A DNA stretch of 64,000 nt from an uncultured Candidatus Peribacteria bacterium (GCA_964494085.1 CAZBQJ010000003.1:3502-67501), one strand, 5' to 3'. Counted from the stretch's first letter, positions 7,322 to 17,727 are shown. Notes: a model not told the origin generated them from the sequence alone. Numbers and translations are program-made.

Positions 7322-10063
7322 ATGTCCAAGAATCATCACCTACTTACCAAGATATTTCTGACGGCTTATGTTGTCAGTCTTTTACCATCCCCGGCGATCG
7401 CCCAAAGCATTACGGTATTCACCGATGTAAACAGTGACACCAACTATGTCGAAGCCATTTCCTATTTAAAGGATAATCATCTAATCGACGGTTACGACGA
7501 TGGTTCATATGGTCCATCCACCACTATCAATCGTGCCGAATTCGCCAAAATCCTGGTCGGCGCGGTCTCAAATAGCCCTATTATCGGTAAAAACTGTTTT
7601 CCCGATGTTAGAGAAGACTGGTACGCTCCCTATGTCTGTACCGCTAAAACTCTTGGTTTAATTGATGGCTATCCAGATGGTAATTTTAAACCAGCCGATC
7701 CGGTAAATTTCTCCGAAGCTGCCAAGATGGTAGCAAATGCTTTCCACCTCAACAAAGGCGAAAAAGATCCCGCCCTTTGGTTCAAAGAATACATTGAGGC
7801 TCTGCAGAATGCTAAAGCCATCCCACTCTCTGTTGATTATTTTGACGAAAAAGTCACTCGGGATGAGTTGGCGGAAATAATTTGGAGAATAAAAGCTGAT
7901 ATTAAAGATAAATCCAGCCGCACCTATCTGGAATTACAAGGCGACGGCTTGGTCCAAGTGGATTCTTGTGCCGACCTGGAAGCACGATTCAAGGATACTC
8001 AGCGAAATTATGGCGGGCCGATCATCTATGATGATCTGATGATACCATTTCCCGAAGGAGTCAGAGAAACTTCTACAGGTGCGCCTGAACCAACCACAGC
8101 ACCGGCTTCGTCCAGCCAGGACAAAGCTGCGCCCAATTATGGTAGCGCCGGATCTTCTACTGATTATTCACATACCAATTTACAAGTAGAAGGGGTGGAC
8201 GAAGCCGACATCATTAAAAATGATGGCAAATATATTTATCTGATCAAAGACAACACGGTCAGAATAATTCTGGCTTATCCGGCCGACCAGATGAAGGAAA
8301 TTATGAATTTCCAACTGGGACCACAAGGCCAGAATTTCTATCCGACCGAGATGTATGTAGATGGCGACAAACTGGTTGTTCTGGGCACTGCTTATCTGAA
8401 TTATCCGCTTCCTTTGATAGAGCCAGCCACTACCACTAGTCCCGATGGAACCACTACCAATGTAGATGCCAAAATCGCCATGCCTATTCGCTATAACTCC
8501 TCCCAATCAAAAGTTTACATAGTAGACATTGCTGACCGTGGTAATCCTAAAGTGATCAGAACTGTAGATTTCGATGGCAGCTACCAGACTTCCCGTCGTA
8601 TCGGTGACAATCTCTATGTAATTATGAATCAATATCCCAATTTCCCTTATTACTACAGAGTAAATCAGCCGATCGACAATTTCTCGGCTTATCTTCCGAA
8701 AATGTCCGATTCTGCCAATGCCAGTCAGGTAGAGGAGGTCGCTCCTTGTAATCAGTATCACATCATGCCCAAGCCTCGCAGCTTTAACTTTATGATCGCT
8801 GCAGCTATCCCACTCAATGATACGACCAAGAAAGTCACGCGCGAAGTAGTGGTCGGCAATAGTGATAACGCTTATGCTTCCACCAGTAATCTCTATGTGG
8901 CCTCCACCGATTGGAGCGGCCCTTATCTTTTCAGCCAAGGTAGCTTTACCAAACTATATCGGTTCTCACTGGCCAATGGTAAAATCAGTTTTAGTGCCGA
9001 AGGACTTGTCCCGGGGACAATTCTCAATCAATTCTCCATGGATGAGTATCTAAACACTTTCCGCATCGCCACAACAGGCAATCAATCCGTAGGTAGCAGC
9101 AGTTATCTGGCCAGCAACCTATTTGTAATGGACTCCGGTCTGAAAACAATCGGTAAAATCGAAAATATCGCCCCAGATGAAAAACTTTATGCCGTGCGTT
9201 TTATGGGACAGCGAGCCTATCTGGTTAGTTTCAAAACAGTTGATCCATTAATGGTTGTCGACCTCAAAGATCCGACCAATCCAAAAATTCTCGGGGAATT
9301 AAAAATCCCCGGATACAGCGATTATTTACACCCGTACGATGACACCCATATCATCGGTTTCGGCAAAGATGTTGATCCGGCAGAAGCAGCCAAGGATCAG
9401 AACTTCGTCTATTACACTGCTGTAAAGGGCTTCAAAATGGGATTATTCGATGTATCAGATCCGGCCAATCCCCAGGAAGTTGCTCACGAAATCATCGGTG
9501 ATCAAGGTACTTATTCTGAACTGCTCAATAATCACAAAGCCTTACTGTTTGATCAGGAAAAAAACTTATTGGCATTCCCCATAACAGTCACCCAGTATCC
9601 AGCAGATGAGCCAATTTGTAGCGACTTTACCTATTCCAGCTGTCCTTCCAGTTGTAAAGCGGTTTGCGTACCGAAATGTACTTTTCAAAATGGTCTGACC
9701 ATTTGTGATCAAACCTGTGAAGGAAGTAATAGCTGCCAGAGTACCAGCTATGTTTATCCGAAACCTGTTTTTTCGGGAGCTTATGTCTATGGTGTTGATT
9801 TAAAGAAAGGCTTTACCCTCAAAGGAAAGATTACTCATTTGAATAGCGACGAAGTGGCTGACATGCTAAAAAACGGCTATTCTGACTATCAAAAAGCCAT
9901 TCGAAGAATCCTTTATATCGGTGATAATCTCTACACTGTCTCCCAGGGCAAAGTTTTGGCCAATAGTTTGACCAATGCCTTGGCTGAATTATCGGCCATT
10001 GATCTGGCCGGGACTATTTACAATGTTACTTACGGAAAAGGAGCAGAGCCGGTATCCTCATAA
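7322..10063 (+). CDS. secreted SLH-domain protein with a beta-propeller domain (COG4880 / PF09826-like) and a Cys-rich insert
   Basis: Signal peptide (LLPSPAIAQS) and three SLH-like repeats (FTDV..., FPDV...DGYPDGNFKP). The motif YSHTNLQVEGVDEADIIKNDGKYIYL is typical of this propeller family. Cys-rich segment CSDFTYSSCPSSCKAVCVPKCTFQNGLTICDQTCEGSNSC. Confidence 0.85.
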   Translation: MSKNHHLLTKIFLTAYVVSLLPSPAIAQSITVFTDVNSDTNYVEAISYLKDNHLIDGYDDGSYGPSTTINRAEFAKILVGAVSNSPIIGKNCFPDVREDWYAPYVCTAKTLGLIDGYPDGNFKPADPVNFSEAAKMVANAFHLNKGEKDPALWFKEYIEALQNAKAIPLSVDYFDEKVTRDELAEIIWRIKADIKDKSSRTYLELQGDGLVQVDSCADLEARFKDTQRNYGGPIIYDDLMIPFPEGVRETSTGAPEPTTAPASSSQDKAAPNYGSAGSSTDYSHTNLQVEGVDEADIIKNDGKYIYLIKDNTVRIILAYPADQMKEIMNFQLGPQGQNFYPTEMYVDGDKLVVLGTAYLNYPLPLIEPATTTSPDGTTTNVDAKIAMPIRYNSSQSKVYIVDIADRGNPKVIRTVDFDGSYQTSRRIGDNLYVIMNQYPNFPYYYRVNQPIDNFSAYLPKMSDSANASQVEEVAPCNQYHIMPKPRSFNFMIAAAIPLNDTTKKVTREVVVGNSDNAYASTSNLYVASTDWSGPYLFSQGSFTKLYRFSLANGKISFSAEGLVPGTILNQFSMDEYLNTFRIATTGNQSVGSSSYLASNLFVMDSGLKTIGKIENIAPDEKLYAVRFMGQRAYLVSFKTVDPLMVVDLKDPTNPKILGELKIPGYSDYLHPYDDTHIIGFGKDVDPAEAAKDQNFVYYTAVKGFKMGLFDVSDPANPQEVAHEIIGDQGTYSELLNNHKALLFDQEKNLLAFPITVTQYPADEPICSDFTYSSCPSSCKAVCVPKCTFQNGLTICDQTCEGSNSCQSTSYVYPKPVFSGAYVYGVDLKKGFTLKGKITHLNSDEVADMLKNGYSDYQKAIRRILYIGDNLYTVSQGKVLANSLTNALAELSAIDLAGTIYNVTYGKGAEPVSS

Positions 10064-10079
10064 AGAATATAAATCATCC

Positions 10080-11198
10080 ATGCTTAAAGCTATACTGATT
10101 GATTGCCTACCTCTGGAAATGCCCAGAGAAGATGCCGAGTTTCGTCTTTCCGAGGCAGAAAGTCTGATCAAAACATACGGTGGGGTTGTCCTGCTGAAAA
10201 CTTACCAGAAAAAAATCACCCCGGTTTATCAGACCTATATTGGCGCCGGAAAATTGGCGGAGTTACAGGAAGAAGGGGAGCGTCTCGGCGCCAATATTTT
10301 GATCGTCAACAATGAGCTCAAACCCATTCAGACCTATAATCTGAGCGAAATACTCCGTAAATCCAATATCCAGGTTTGGGATCGCATTGATTTAATCCTG
10401 AAAATCTTCCAAAAGCACGCCCAGACCAAGGAAGCTCAGTTGGAAATCGAGTTAGCCAGTTTGCGTCACATGGGACCACGAATCTACGGCATGGGAATGA
10501 TCCTGTCGAGGCAGGGAGGTGGTATCGGTGGACGTGGAATCGGTGAAACCAATACGGAAATCATGAAACGCCATATCGCCGTCCATATCCGTAAGATCGA
10601 AAAGGATTTAGAAAAGGCTCGAGCCAATCGCCAACTCCACCGAGCGGGCAGACGACGCAAAAATTTTTTTACTATCGGTATTGTTGGCTATACCAATGCC
10701 GGGAAATCCAGCTTACTGAATTCTCTGACCGGAAAAGGCGCCTATACCGCCGATGAATTATTTGCCACACTAGATACTCGTGTTGCCAAACTTTATTTGC
10801 CGGAAGCGAAACAACAAGTATTACTTACTGATACTATTGGCTTCATCCAGGATCTTCCTCCCGGTTTGATCAAGTCGTTTCAGTCCACTCTCGATGAAAC
10901 AATTGAAAGTAATTTACTTCTGCATGTAATTGATTTAAGTGATCCGCGCTGGGAATACAAAATCTCTGTTGTAAATGAAGTCTTGGGAAATCTCGACGCA
11001 GTCCACAAGCCGATCATATATGTTTTTAATAAAATCGACCTCTTACCAAAGGATTATGATTTCCGGTCCATTGCCAAAAAATTTGCCCGCTTTCACCCTT
11101 GTTTCACCTCCAGTATCGACCATCGGGGCATGACCGAACTCCGCAACGCTATTCAAGCCAGTTTACCGACTAAAGCAGATCTTCCTCCAGATAAATAA
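10080..11198 (+). CDS. hflX: GTPase HflX
   Basis: HflX N-domain with glycine-rich GGGIGGRGIGETNTE, G1 GYTNAGKSSLLN, G3 DTIGF, G4 NKID. I moved the start to the ATG at 10080, just after the upstream stop (10061-10063). The track ORF from 9975 overlaps the preceding gene. Confidence 0.9.
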   Translation: MLKAILIDCLPLEMPREDAEFRLSEAESLIKTYGGVVLLKTYQKKITPVYQTYIGAGKLAELQEEGERLGANILIVNNELKPIQTYNLSEILRKSNIQVWDRIDLILKIFQKHAQTKEAQLEIELASLRHMGPRIYGMGMILSRQGGGIGGRGIGETNTEIMKRHIAVHIRKIEKDLEKARANRQLHRAGRRRKNFFTIGIVGYTNAGKSSLLNSLTGKGAYTADELFATLDTRVAKLYLPEAKQQVLLTDTIGFIQDLPPGLIKSFQSTLDETIESNLLLHVIDLSDPRWEYKISVVNEVLGNLDAVHKPIIYVFNKIDLLPKDYDFRSIAKKFARFHPCFTSSIDHRGMTELRNAIQASLPTKADLPPDK

Positions 11199-11862
11199 TT
11201 TTCAGAGCACTGTTTTTCATCAAGATTTTGGCCGGAAATTGGTCAATAGACACAGCCTCATCCTGAAATTTCACCAATAATTCAGCTTTACTCTTCCCCG
11301 CCAGGAGTACCAGGATTTTTTTTGATTTCAATAAATAACTCGGAGATAGCGAGTAGCGTTCTCTAACTTCATTTATTTCCGTTATACTGGCCAGAGTGAT
11401 GCTTTCATCCGACCAATCAGTAAAACCCGGGAAAATCGAGGCGAAATGACCATCTGCACCCACTCCGATTATAGCCAGGTCAAGCCCAGCCGGCGCCAAA
11501 TAGTTAATCGTCTCAGCATAAGCTTTCAGACACGCCGGCTGGGCTAGCTCGGTCTGGAAATCCCAAAGCTGTTTTCCTTCCGACCGTCCTGCAAACAAGT
11601 GATCGACAATCAGCTTATGATTGGATCTTTCCTCAGTCCAGGGCACATTTCTTTCATCCACCAGAAAAAAGTGACTACCATTTAAAAAATCTTCCTGGCT
11701 GGACAAGGCTTGGTATAGACTGACCGGAGTTTTTCCACCGGAAAGTCCCATTAAAAATTTACGATCATTACTGCCGGCTTCCCTAAAACTGCTTAAAATT
11801 ATATCACTCGCTTCCTCCAGCCATTGATCAGCGGTCGAAAAGGTCTTAATTTGCAGGGCCAT
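11170..11862 (-). CDS. pgl: 6-phosphogluconolactonase
   Basis: GLSGGKTP and GVGADGHFASIFPG motifs. The start overlaps the zwf stop. Confidence 0.85.
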   Translation of the reverse strand: MALQIKTFSTADQWLEEASDIILSSFREAGSNDRKFLMGLSGGKTPVSLYQALSSQEDFLNGSHFFLVDERNVPWTEERSNHKLIVDHLFAGRSEGKQLWDFQTELAQPACLKAYAETINYLAPAGLDLAIIGVGADGHFASIFPGFTDWSDESITLASITEINEVRERYSLSPSYLLKSKKILVLLAGKSKAELLVKFQDEAVSIDQFPAKILMKNSALKIIYLEEDLL

Positions 11863-13225
11863 GGCTACCGGTTTTATAAATTACAGGTTTAATTTCCTGG
11901 TCAGTAATTGTTTTACTCACCGCGTCAATCACTTTCCAGGCCGCCAATATTTCCGGATAACTGAGAAAATAAGTCTTTTCTCCCCGTAATACATCATTAA
12001 TCAAAGTTGCATATGCCCCCAAACAGAAATCGGCCCGACAACCCAATCCTTGATTTAATTCAACAGCCTCATATTGGATCGGGCCTTGTGGATCTTTCAA
12101 AGTAGCTCTTTGTATCAATTTTAAAGTCAGATTTTCTCCAGGCTTCATTTCAAAAACCAATTTATCCGGTTCAGCGGTTTCTGTCTGAAAAGGCATTTTT
12201 TTAAATTCAATGGTAGCCCTGGTTAAATCCTCCGCCAGCCTTTTACCGGTTCTGATTGTCACTGGCACATTGAACCATTCTCTCCGATCGATTTGTAAAT
12301 CAATTTGTGCCCAAGTTTCAGTTTGGCTTCCTTTAGCCACTCCGTCACTGTCCTGATAGCCTTCATATTGACCAATCGATAAATCTGCGCTTTTCCCGGA
12401 AAACCTGATCGCTGAAATAATATTTTGTTTCTCTCTCCGCAAACTTTCCAAAGAGATATTGGCCGGAATTTCCATAGTCATCAGAGAGAGCATTTGGATC
12501 AAGTGCGATTGAATCATGTCCTTTATCGCACCAACCTGGTCATAGTAACCGACCCTTTTCCCAACTCCTCCTTTTTCCAAGGCTTCAATGGTTATTTTCG
12601 CTATTTCACTTCCTCTGAGCATCAAATTTACGACACTATTTTCCAGACGTAATTTGAGCATGCTCTGAATTGGTCTTTTTCCCAGATAGTGATCTAGTAA
12701 AAAAACATTTTCGTCATCAAAATCTCCGGAAATTAATTTGAATAAATGTTCGGCAGTTTTTCCATTAATGCCAAAGGGCTTTTCCACCACTATTTTCAAG
12801 CTATTGGCCGATAATTTTAAAGTCGCCGCTAAATTCTTTACTAAATCTTCAAAGACCGTTGGAGGAATCGAGAAATAAGCTATAACATCCGACTTCCCCG
12901 TGAAAAGGCGCTGTCCAAATTCCGCCAATTTGTGAAAATCATCGAGATCATCATATTTACCCTGGAAATAATGCAGATGCTCCAATAATCGATCTACTTC
13001 TTCCGGACTTTCACCGAATTTTCTTTTCACACTTTCTCTAAACATTTCTCTAAATTCCTCTTCAGCGACTTCTGATCTGCCATAACCAATGATTTGAAAA
13101 TTTTCCGGCAATTGGCCCTGCCAAAACAGTTCATATAAGGCGGGAAAAAGCATCAACGAGGCCAAATCTCCGGTTGCTCCAAAAATAATAATTTGTAAAT
13201 TGTTTTTCGTCATCATTGTGTCCAA
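11846..13225 (-). CDS. zwf: glucose-6-phosphate 1-dehydrogenase
   Basis: IFGATGDLA dinucleotide fold, EKPFG, and the DHYLGK active-site motif. 459 aa. Confidence 0.9.
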   Translation of the reverse strand: MDTMMTKNNLQIIIFGATGDLASLMLFPALYELFWQGQLPENFQIIGYGRSEVAEEEFREMFRESVKRKFGESPEEVDRLLEHLHYFQGKYDDLDDFHKLAEFGQRLFTGKSDVIAYFSIPPTVFEDLVKNLAATLKLSANSLKIVVEKPFGINGKTAEHLFKLISGDFDDENVFLLDHYLGKRPIQSMLKLRLENSVVNLMLRGSEIAKITIEALEKGGVGKRVGYYDQVGAIKDMIQSHLIQMLSLMTMEIPANISLESLRREKQNIISAIRFSGKSADLSIGQYEGYQDSDGVAKGSQTETWAQIDLQIDRREWFNVPVTIRTGKRLAEDLTRATIEFKKMPFQTETAEPDKLVFEMKPGENLTLKLIQRATLKDPQGPIQYEAVELNQGLGCRADFCLGAYATLINDVLRGEKTYFLSYPEILAAWKVIDAVSKTITDQEIKPVIYKTGSHGPAN

Positions 13226-14586
13226 TTTTCATGAAATGTTCCCGGTTTATCTATCCGCTCGAAAGTATGTGCGCCAAAAAAATCACGCAAACCTTGGATC
13301 AGGTTGGCTGGGCTATTGGCGCTAGTCAATCCTAACCAGTAATTGAAAGCAGAGGACGATGCCGGAAGGGCAATTGAGCTGTCGAGCCCCGCCCGCAGAA
13401 AGTCCTGCATCGATCGATCGGTTTGGCCGACAATTTCTCCCCACCACCTCTTCTCCGCCATTAACGCCCGCAATTTAATGAGTAGTTTAGATCTGATAAT
13501 ACAGCCTCCTTGCCAGATTCTGCAAACTTCTTCCAAATCTACTCCCCACTGATGTTCCTGGGAAGCGGTCTCGATCAAATGTAGGCCTTGGGCATAGGCA
13601 ATCAGGCTTCCAAAAATATAAACCGCCTCCCAGTCCAAAACAGCGTCCGACTTGATCTGTTCTCTTTGGACTAGCTGAGCAAGTTTCTGGCGTTCTGATT
13701 TAAGCGCAGAAAGAGTCCGGACAGCCACTGCCTCGCTGATCATTTCAGCCGGCACACCAGATTTAATCGCTTCAATGGAAGTCCAGCCACCCGTCCCTTT
13801 CTGCGCCGCCTTATCCAGGATTAAATCAACCAAAGGTTTTTGCGATTCCTGATCCAAATGTTTCAAAACTTTGGCCGTAATTTCAGCTAAAAAAGAAGAA
13901 TTTTCTCCTGAATTTATTTTTTCAAAAAGTTCTCCTATCTCAGGTGCTTTCAGACCCAAAGCCTTACGGTTGAAGTCATATATTTCGGCGATCATCTGCA
14001 TCATCGCATATTCGATCCCGTTATGAACCATTTTCACATAATGCCCTGCTCCACCTGGCCCCATCGGCGCTACACAAGGTTTCCCCTGAAAATCTTTAGC
14101 AGCTATTTGACCCAATAAATCCTCAAAATGATGCCAGTCGGCTTTACTCAATCCCGGCATCAAACTGGGTCCGTGCAAAGCACCCTCTTCACCACCGGAA
14201 ATTCCCATACCCAAAAAATTCACACCTTTGAGCGCTGCTTCGCCGTGTCGGCGTTCGGTGTCTTCGAAAAACGAATTTCCTCCATCAATAATATAATCAC
14301 CCTGCTCAACCAGTGGCATCAAATGATCAATCACCTCATCCACAGCTGCCCCGGCCTGCACCATTAAAATAATTCTGCGCGGCTTTTCCAGCGATTCCAC
14401 AAAATCAGCTAATTTTTCAAATCCCACTAATCCTTCTTGTCCGTGAGCATCCACCAAATCTTTGGTGCGTTGGAAAGTCCGGTTAAAGACAGCGGTTTTT
14501 ATTCCCTTTGAAGCGAAATTTCGAGCCAGATTTGCCCCCATTACCGCCAAACCGATAATTCCAATCTTTGTATTTTCCATAGCCAA
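13213..14586 (-). CDS. gnd: 6-phosphogluconate dehydrogenase, decarboxylating
   Basis: N-terminal GIIGLAVMGANLARN fold, GMGISGGEEGA, HNGIEYAMMQ. 457 aa. Confidence 0.9.
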   Translation of the reverse strand: MAMENTKIGIIGLAVMGANLARNFASKGIKTAVFNRTFQRTKDLVDAHGQEGLVGFEKLADFVESLEKPRRIILMVQAGAAVDEVIDHLMPLVEQGDYIIDGGNSFFEDTERRHGEAALKGVNFLGMGISGGEEGALHGPSLMPGLSKADWHHFEDLLGQIAAKDFQGKPCVAPMGPGGAGHYVKMVHNGIEYAMMQMIAEIYDFNRKALGLKAPEIGELFEKINSGENSSFLAEITAKVLKHLDQESQKPLVDLILDKAAQKGTGGWTSIEAIKSGVPAEMISEAVAVRTLSALKSERQKLAQLVQREQIKSDAVLDWEAVYIFGSLIAYAQGLHLIETASQEHQWGVDLEEVCRIWQGGCIIRSKLLIKLRALMAEKRWWGEIVGQTDRSMQDFLRAGLDSSIALPASSSAFNYWLGLTSANSPANLIQGLRDFFGAHTFERIDKPGTFHENWTQ

Positions 14587-14662
14587 AAAGTTACTGACCT
14601 GTGCAGTCTAAACCAATCCATTGTTCACGCCTAGCTTGATCTTTTTACTAAATATTACTTCT

Positions 14663-15796
14663 TTAACTTGTCAATACATCAAAAGTTTCTTGAGCTGTTT
14701 TCTCCCAGCTGAATTTCTCCAATTGTTGATCACCCTCGGTAATCAATCTGGAAATATAGACGCCATCCGCCACCAGTCGTTTCAAACCGACGCTAATCTC
14801 CGCCACTTTATCCGGGTCAACCAAAAAGGCTGCTTTCCCGGCTATTTCCGGCATTGAACTGATTTTCGAGGTAATTACCGGTCGGCGATAGGCGAAAGCT
14901 TCCAGTATTGGCAATCCGAATCCTTCATATTTCGATGGAAAAGCAAAAACCCGACATTTTTCCAACAAAAATCTCTTTTCATCTTCGCTGATGTAACCGG
15001 TAAAGACAACATTATCCGCTAATCCCAATTCAGCCACTTTGGCTTCTACTTCTTCGGATCCCAGGCCTTTTTTACCCGCCAGGACCAGTTTCCAATCCGG
15101 GTATTCCTGCAAAAATCTGGCAAAACCTTCTACCAGTTTGCTTAAGTTTTTTTTAAATTCTATCCGCCCCACAAACAAAATAGTCAGATCCTTTTCAGAT
15201 AGTCCCATCCTGGCCAACATCGCTTTTCTTTCCTGGGCCGGCCACTTTTTCAACAGGGGATTATATTCACCTGTTATGTCCGGCCCACCATGATAAACCA
15301 CCACAATTTTCTCCGCATCACAGTGGTAATATTTTATCAAATCATCTTTTGTAGCCTGGCTCGGAACAATTATTTTATAGGCTTTTTTGACTGCCCTCTT
15401 TGTGCTCCATTCCAGCAATAACCTGTTTTTCAGATCATAGGCTTGCTCAAACCCGGGAATTTTGAAAACTATATCATGCACCGTTACTACCGTCTTTTTG
15501 GGCAGCCAAAGAGGTAGAATATGCGAAGGGATAAATAATAGATCGACCGGATGACGAATCATCTCCCAGGATAATCGCAACATCGTCCACAATCTGGGTT
15601 GGGCAATCACTTTTTCTTTGACGTTGAACGGTAATTCTTCGGGAAAATCCAACTTATTCTGGCTGTATAGCTTCACCTGGAGGTGATGATCTCTACCCAG
15701 AACAGGGATTAAATTATTTAATAAATGATAGGAGTACCATTCTACGCCGGTTGGTTCTTTGATTTTATAGCGCGAGGCGTCAATGCCAATTTTCAT
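14663..15796 (-). CDS. GT4-family (GT-B fold) glycosyltransferase
   Basis: C-terminal EX7E-type motif FPSKYEGFGLPILEAFA. Typical length of 377 aa. Confidence 0.85.
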   Translation of the reverse strand: MKIGIDASRYKIKEPTGVEWYSYHLLNNLIPVLGRDHHLQVKLYSQNKLDFPEELPFNVKEKVIAQPRLWTMLRLSWEMIRHPVDLLFIPSHILPLWLPKKTVVTVHDIVFKIPGFEQAYDLKNRLLLEWSTKRAVKKAYKIIVPSQATKDDLIKYYHCDAEKIVVVYHGGPDITGEYNPLLKKWPAQERKAMLARMGLSEKDLTILFVGRIEFKKNLSKLVEGFARFLQEYPDWKLVLAGKKGLGSEEVEAKVAELGLADNVVFTGYISEDEKRFLLEKCRVFAFPSKYEGFGLPILEAFAYRRPVITSKISSMPEIAGKAAFLVDPDKVAEISVGLKRLVADGVYISRLITEGDQQLEKFSWEKTAQETFDVLTS

Positions 15797-15843
15797 AAAT
15801 TCACGATAAAACTGTGAGAGACAAGGGGATACACTAACGCATT

Positions 15844-16560
15844 CTAATCCTTTTGTCTAGCAGCGACCAGACCAAAAACTTTCACTGCTCCCGCTGATTT
15901 TAGAGTCCTGGCCGTTTCTTCCAGAGTCGCTAAAGTAGTAGCGATATCATCTACTACCAGAATAGTTTTTCCGGCCAGACTATCTTGCCAATCGACCTTT
16001 ACTTTGAAGCTGTTTTGCAAGTTCACCAAACGTTTTTCTCGATTTAAAGACATCTGAGCCTGAGTCTTCCTGATCTTTTCCAGAATTTCTACTGCTTTTA
16101 TCCCTGGTAGTGTCAGAGCCAGTTCTTTGCTCTGATTGAAACCGCGTTGTCGTAACTTCTTTCTCGACATCGGCACCCAAGTAAGCAAATCATAATCCGC
16201 CATCAACAATTTATCCGCCGCTTCCCGCCCAAACAATACTCTCAAATCCTTCCCATATTCAGGCAGACCTTCATATTTATAAAAGTATAATAATTTTGCC
16301 AACGCGCCATTTTTCTGATAATTCCATAAACAAATCAGCCCATCCAACACTGCGCCATCTGTCAAGCAGTCCTGACAGGTTCTACCCAGGGCATTTTTTT
16401 TATGACAATACGGACATTCTTGGATCTGCCTGACCTCTGTTTTCACCAGGCAGTCAGCGCATAAAGTAAAATCCTCACGACCGCATTCAACGCAGATTAG
16501 CGGGAAAAGAAAGTCCAGGATGTATCGCCAAAACCTTTTCATGGGAAATTTGATTTGCAT
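15844..16560 (-). CDS. comF: ComF-family phosphoribosyltransferase-like protein
   Basis: N-terminal Cys4 zinc-finger-like segments (CVECG...CADC, CPYCH...CQDC). C-terminal PRPP-binding motif ILVVDDIATTLATL. Confidence 0.8.
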   Translation of the reverse strand: MQIKFPMKRFWRYILDFLFPLICVECGREDFTLCADCLVKTEVRQIQECPYCHKKNALGRTCQDCLTDGAVLDGLICLWNYQKNGALAKLLYFYKYEGLPEYGKDLRVLFGREAADKLLMADYDLLTWVPMSRKKLRQRGFNQSKELALTLPGIKAVEILEKIRKTQAQMSLNREKRLVNLQNSFKVKVDWQDSLAGKTILVVDDIATTLATLEETARTLKSAGAVKVFGLVAARQKD

Positions 16561-16613
16561 TTAACAGCATAAATCAGCAAAATAAACTCAAAATTAAAAA
16601 GTTATTCAGTTTC

Positions 16614-17234
16614 ATGAAAACAAACAGCAAATCTTCCCGGCTAAAGGTTCGCACAGCGCTAAGTTTGAGTAAAACCAAGCCTCTTAAAAGTAAGAAGATG
16701 CAGCATCTCCAGAAACGCTTACAACATAATACCAAAAATACCGAGCCAACCCCCGCAAAGGAAAGGCAAAAACCTGTATCTCAAATCGAAACCAAACGGA
16801 TTCAAAACCAGTGGCTGATTCCGGCCAGAGTGGCCTTTTTTCTGAATGGACTTTATTTCCTGGCTTTTTCTATAATTTCTTTTCTTGGGCTTTTTAGTGG
16901 TTTTAAAATCATTAAACCTTTCTTCGTCTTACCTTTTGACACCAGTTTTACGGCCTTTTTCCTTTTGGAAACGGCCGCCGTTTTTGCCTTCTTGGTCAGC
17001 CTAATGTTCCTGCATGCTGCACGCTATCCACAGCTTTATCGCTGGTTTTATTTTGTCATGATTCTCCTGGTGCTGCCCTACCATTTTCTTTCCAATCTTC
17101 AAAAAATGCAGATCGAATTACCGGCGGATTTCCAAAATTACCTTTATTTTGATACTATAGTCATGGCTATTTTATGGGCGACCTTCCTGATCAGCCTCTA
17201 CCCTTACTTGAAGTCCACTCATAATCAAAAATAA
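16614..17234 (+). CDS. hypothetical membrane protein with a Lys-rich N-terminal tail
   Basis: A roughly 65-aa basic region followed by four hydrophobic helices. No family recognised. Confidence 0.55.
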   Translation: MKTNSKSSRLKVRTALSLSKTKPLKSKKMQHLQKRLQHNTKNTEPTPAKERQKPVSQIETKRIQNQWLIPARVAFFLNGLYFLAFSIISFLGLFSGFKIIKPFFVLPFDTSFTAFFLLETAAVFAFLVSLMFLHAARYPQLYRWFYFVMILLVLPYHFLSNLQKMQIELPADFQNYLYFDTIVMAILWATFLISLYPYLKSTHNQK

Positions 17235-17244
17235 TTTTATCATT

Positions 17245-17727
17245 ATGCCAGATCAAACCAATCCGCCAGCCACCGGCCAAGATCCAAACCCCACCAGCCA
17301 AGGCTTGAATGATGTCGGACAACCACCGAAGGAAGCAGAAGACATTACTCCGGCCAATTTTCAGTTAGGTACACTTTTGCCGGCCCAACTCGGAGTCAAA
17401 ATTCCCGAGAACACCTTACAATTTGATCAAGATAAATTTCTCCGTCTCCTGGCCGGATCTATTTCCCTGAGCAGAGAAGAGAAAAGGCGTATCATTGAAA
17501 CCATTCCCAAACTCAAACAGGGACAGGTCGATGAGCTGATCAGGATTTTTGAAGAAGAAGCTCACAAGTTTTCACAACTTTCCAAAAAGCATCTACCCCA
17601 GTTGGAAAAACTGGCCAAGCAGCATTATCAGGATTGGACCGATCTCGAAGCCGCCTTCAAAGCAGAAGACAAACAAATCGAAGACCAGTCAAAAGCCGAT
17701 GAAATCCGTAAATCACTGGGATTATAA
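17245..17727 (+). CDS. hypothetical protein (Pro-rich N-terminus, helical C-terminus)
   Basis: 160-aa ORF starting 10 nt after the previous stop. The segment SREEKRRIIETIPKLKQGQVDELIRIFEEE is helical and charged. No family assigned. Confidence 0.55.
   Translation: MPDQTNPPATGQDPNPTSQGLNDVGQPPKEAEDITPANFQLGTLLPAQLGVKIPENTLQFDQDKFLRLLAGSISLSREEKRRIIETIPKLKQGQVDELIRIFEEEAHKFSQLSKKHLPQLEKLAKQHYQDWTDLEAAFKAEDKQIEDQSKADEIRKSLGL

Noticed and set aside
9975-10079. N-terminal extensions offered by the ORF track for hflX (9975), the lipoprotein (17549), the SLH protein (53075), the Rieske protein (up to 43873) and the HD protein (63840).
   Set aside because: Each extension overlaps the preceding gene or lacks a leader. 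Each has an internal Met that gives a canonical N-terminus (signal peptide or lipobox) or sits just after the neighbouring stop codon.
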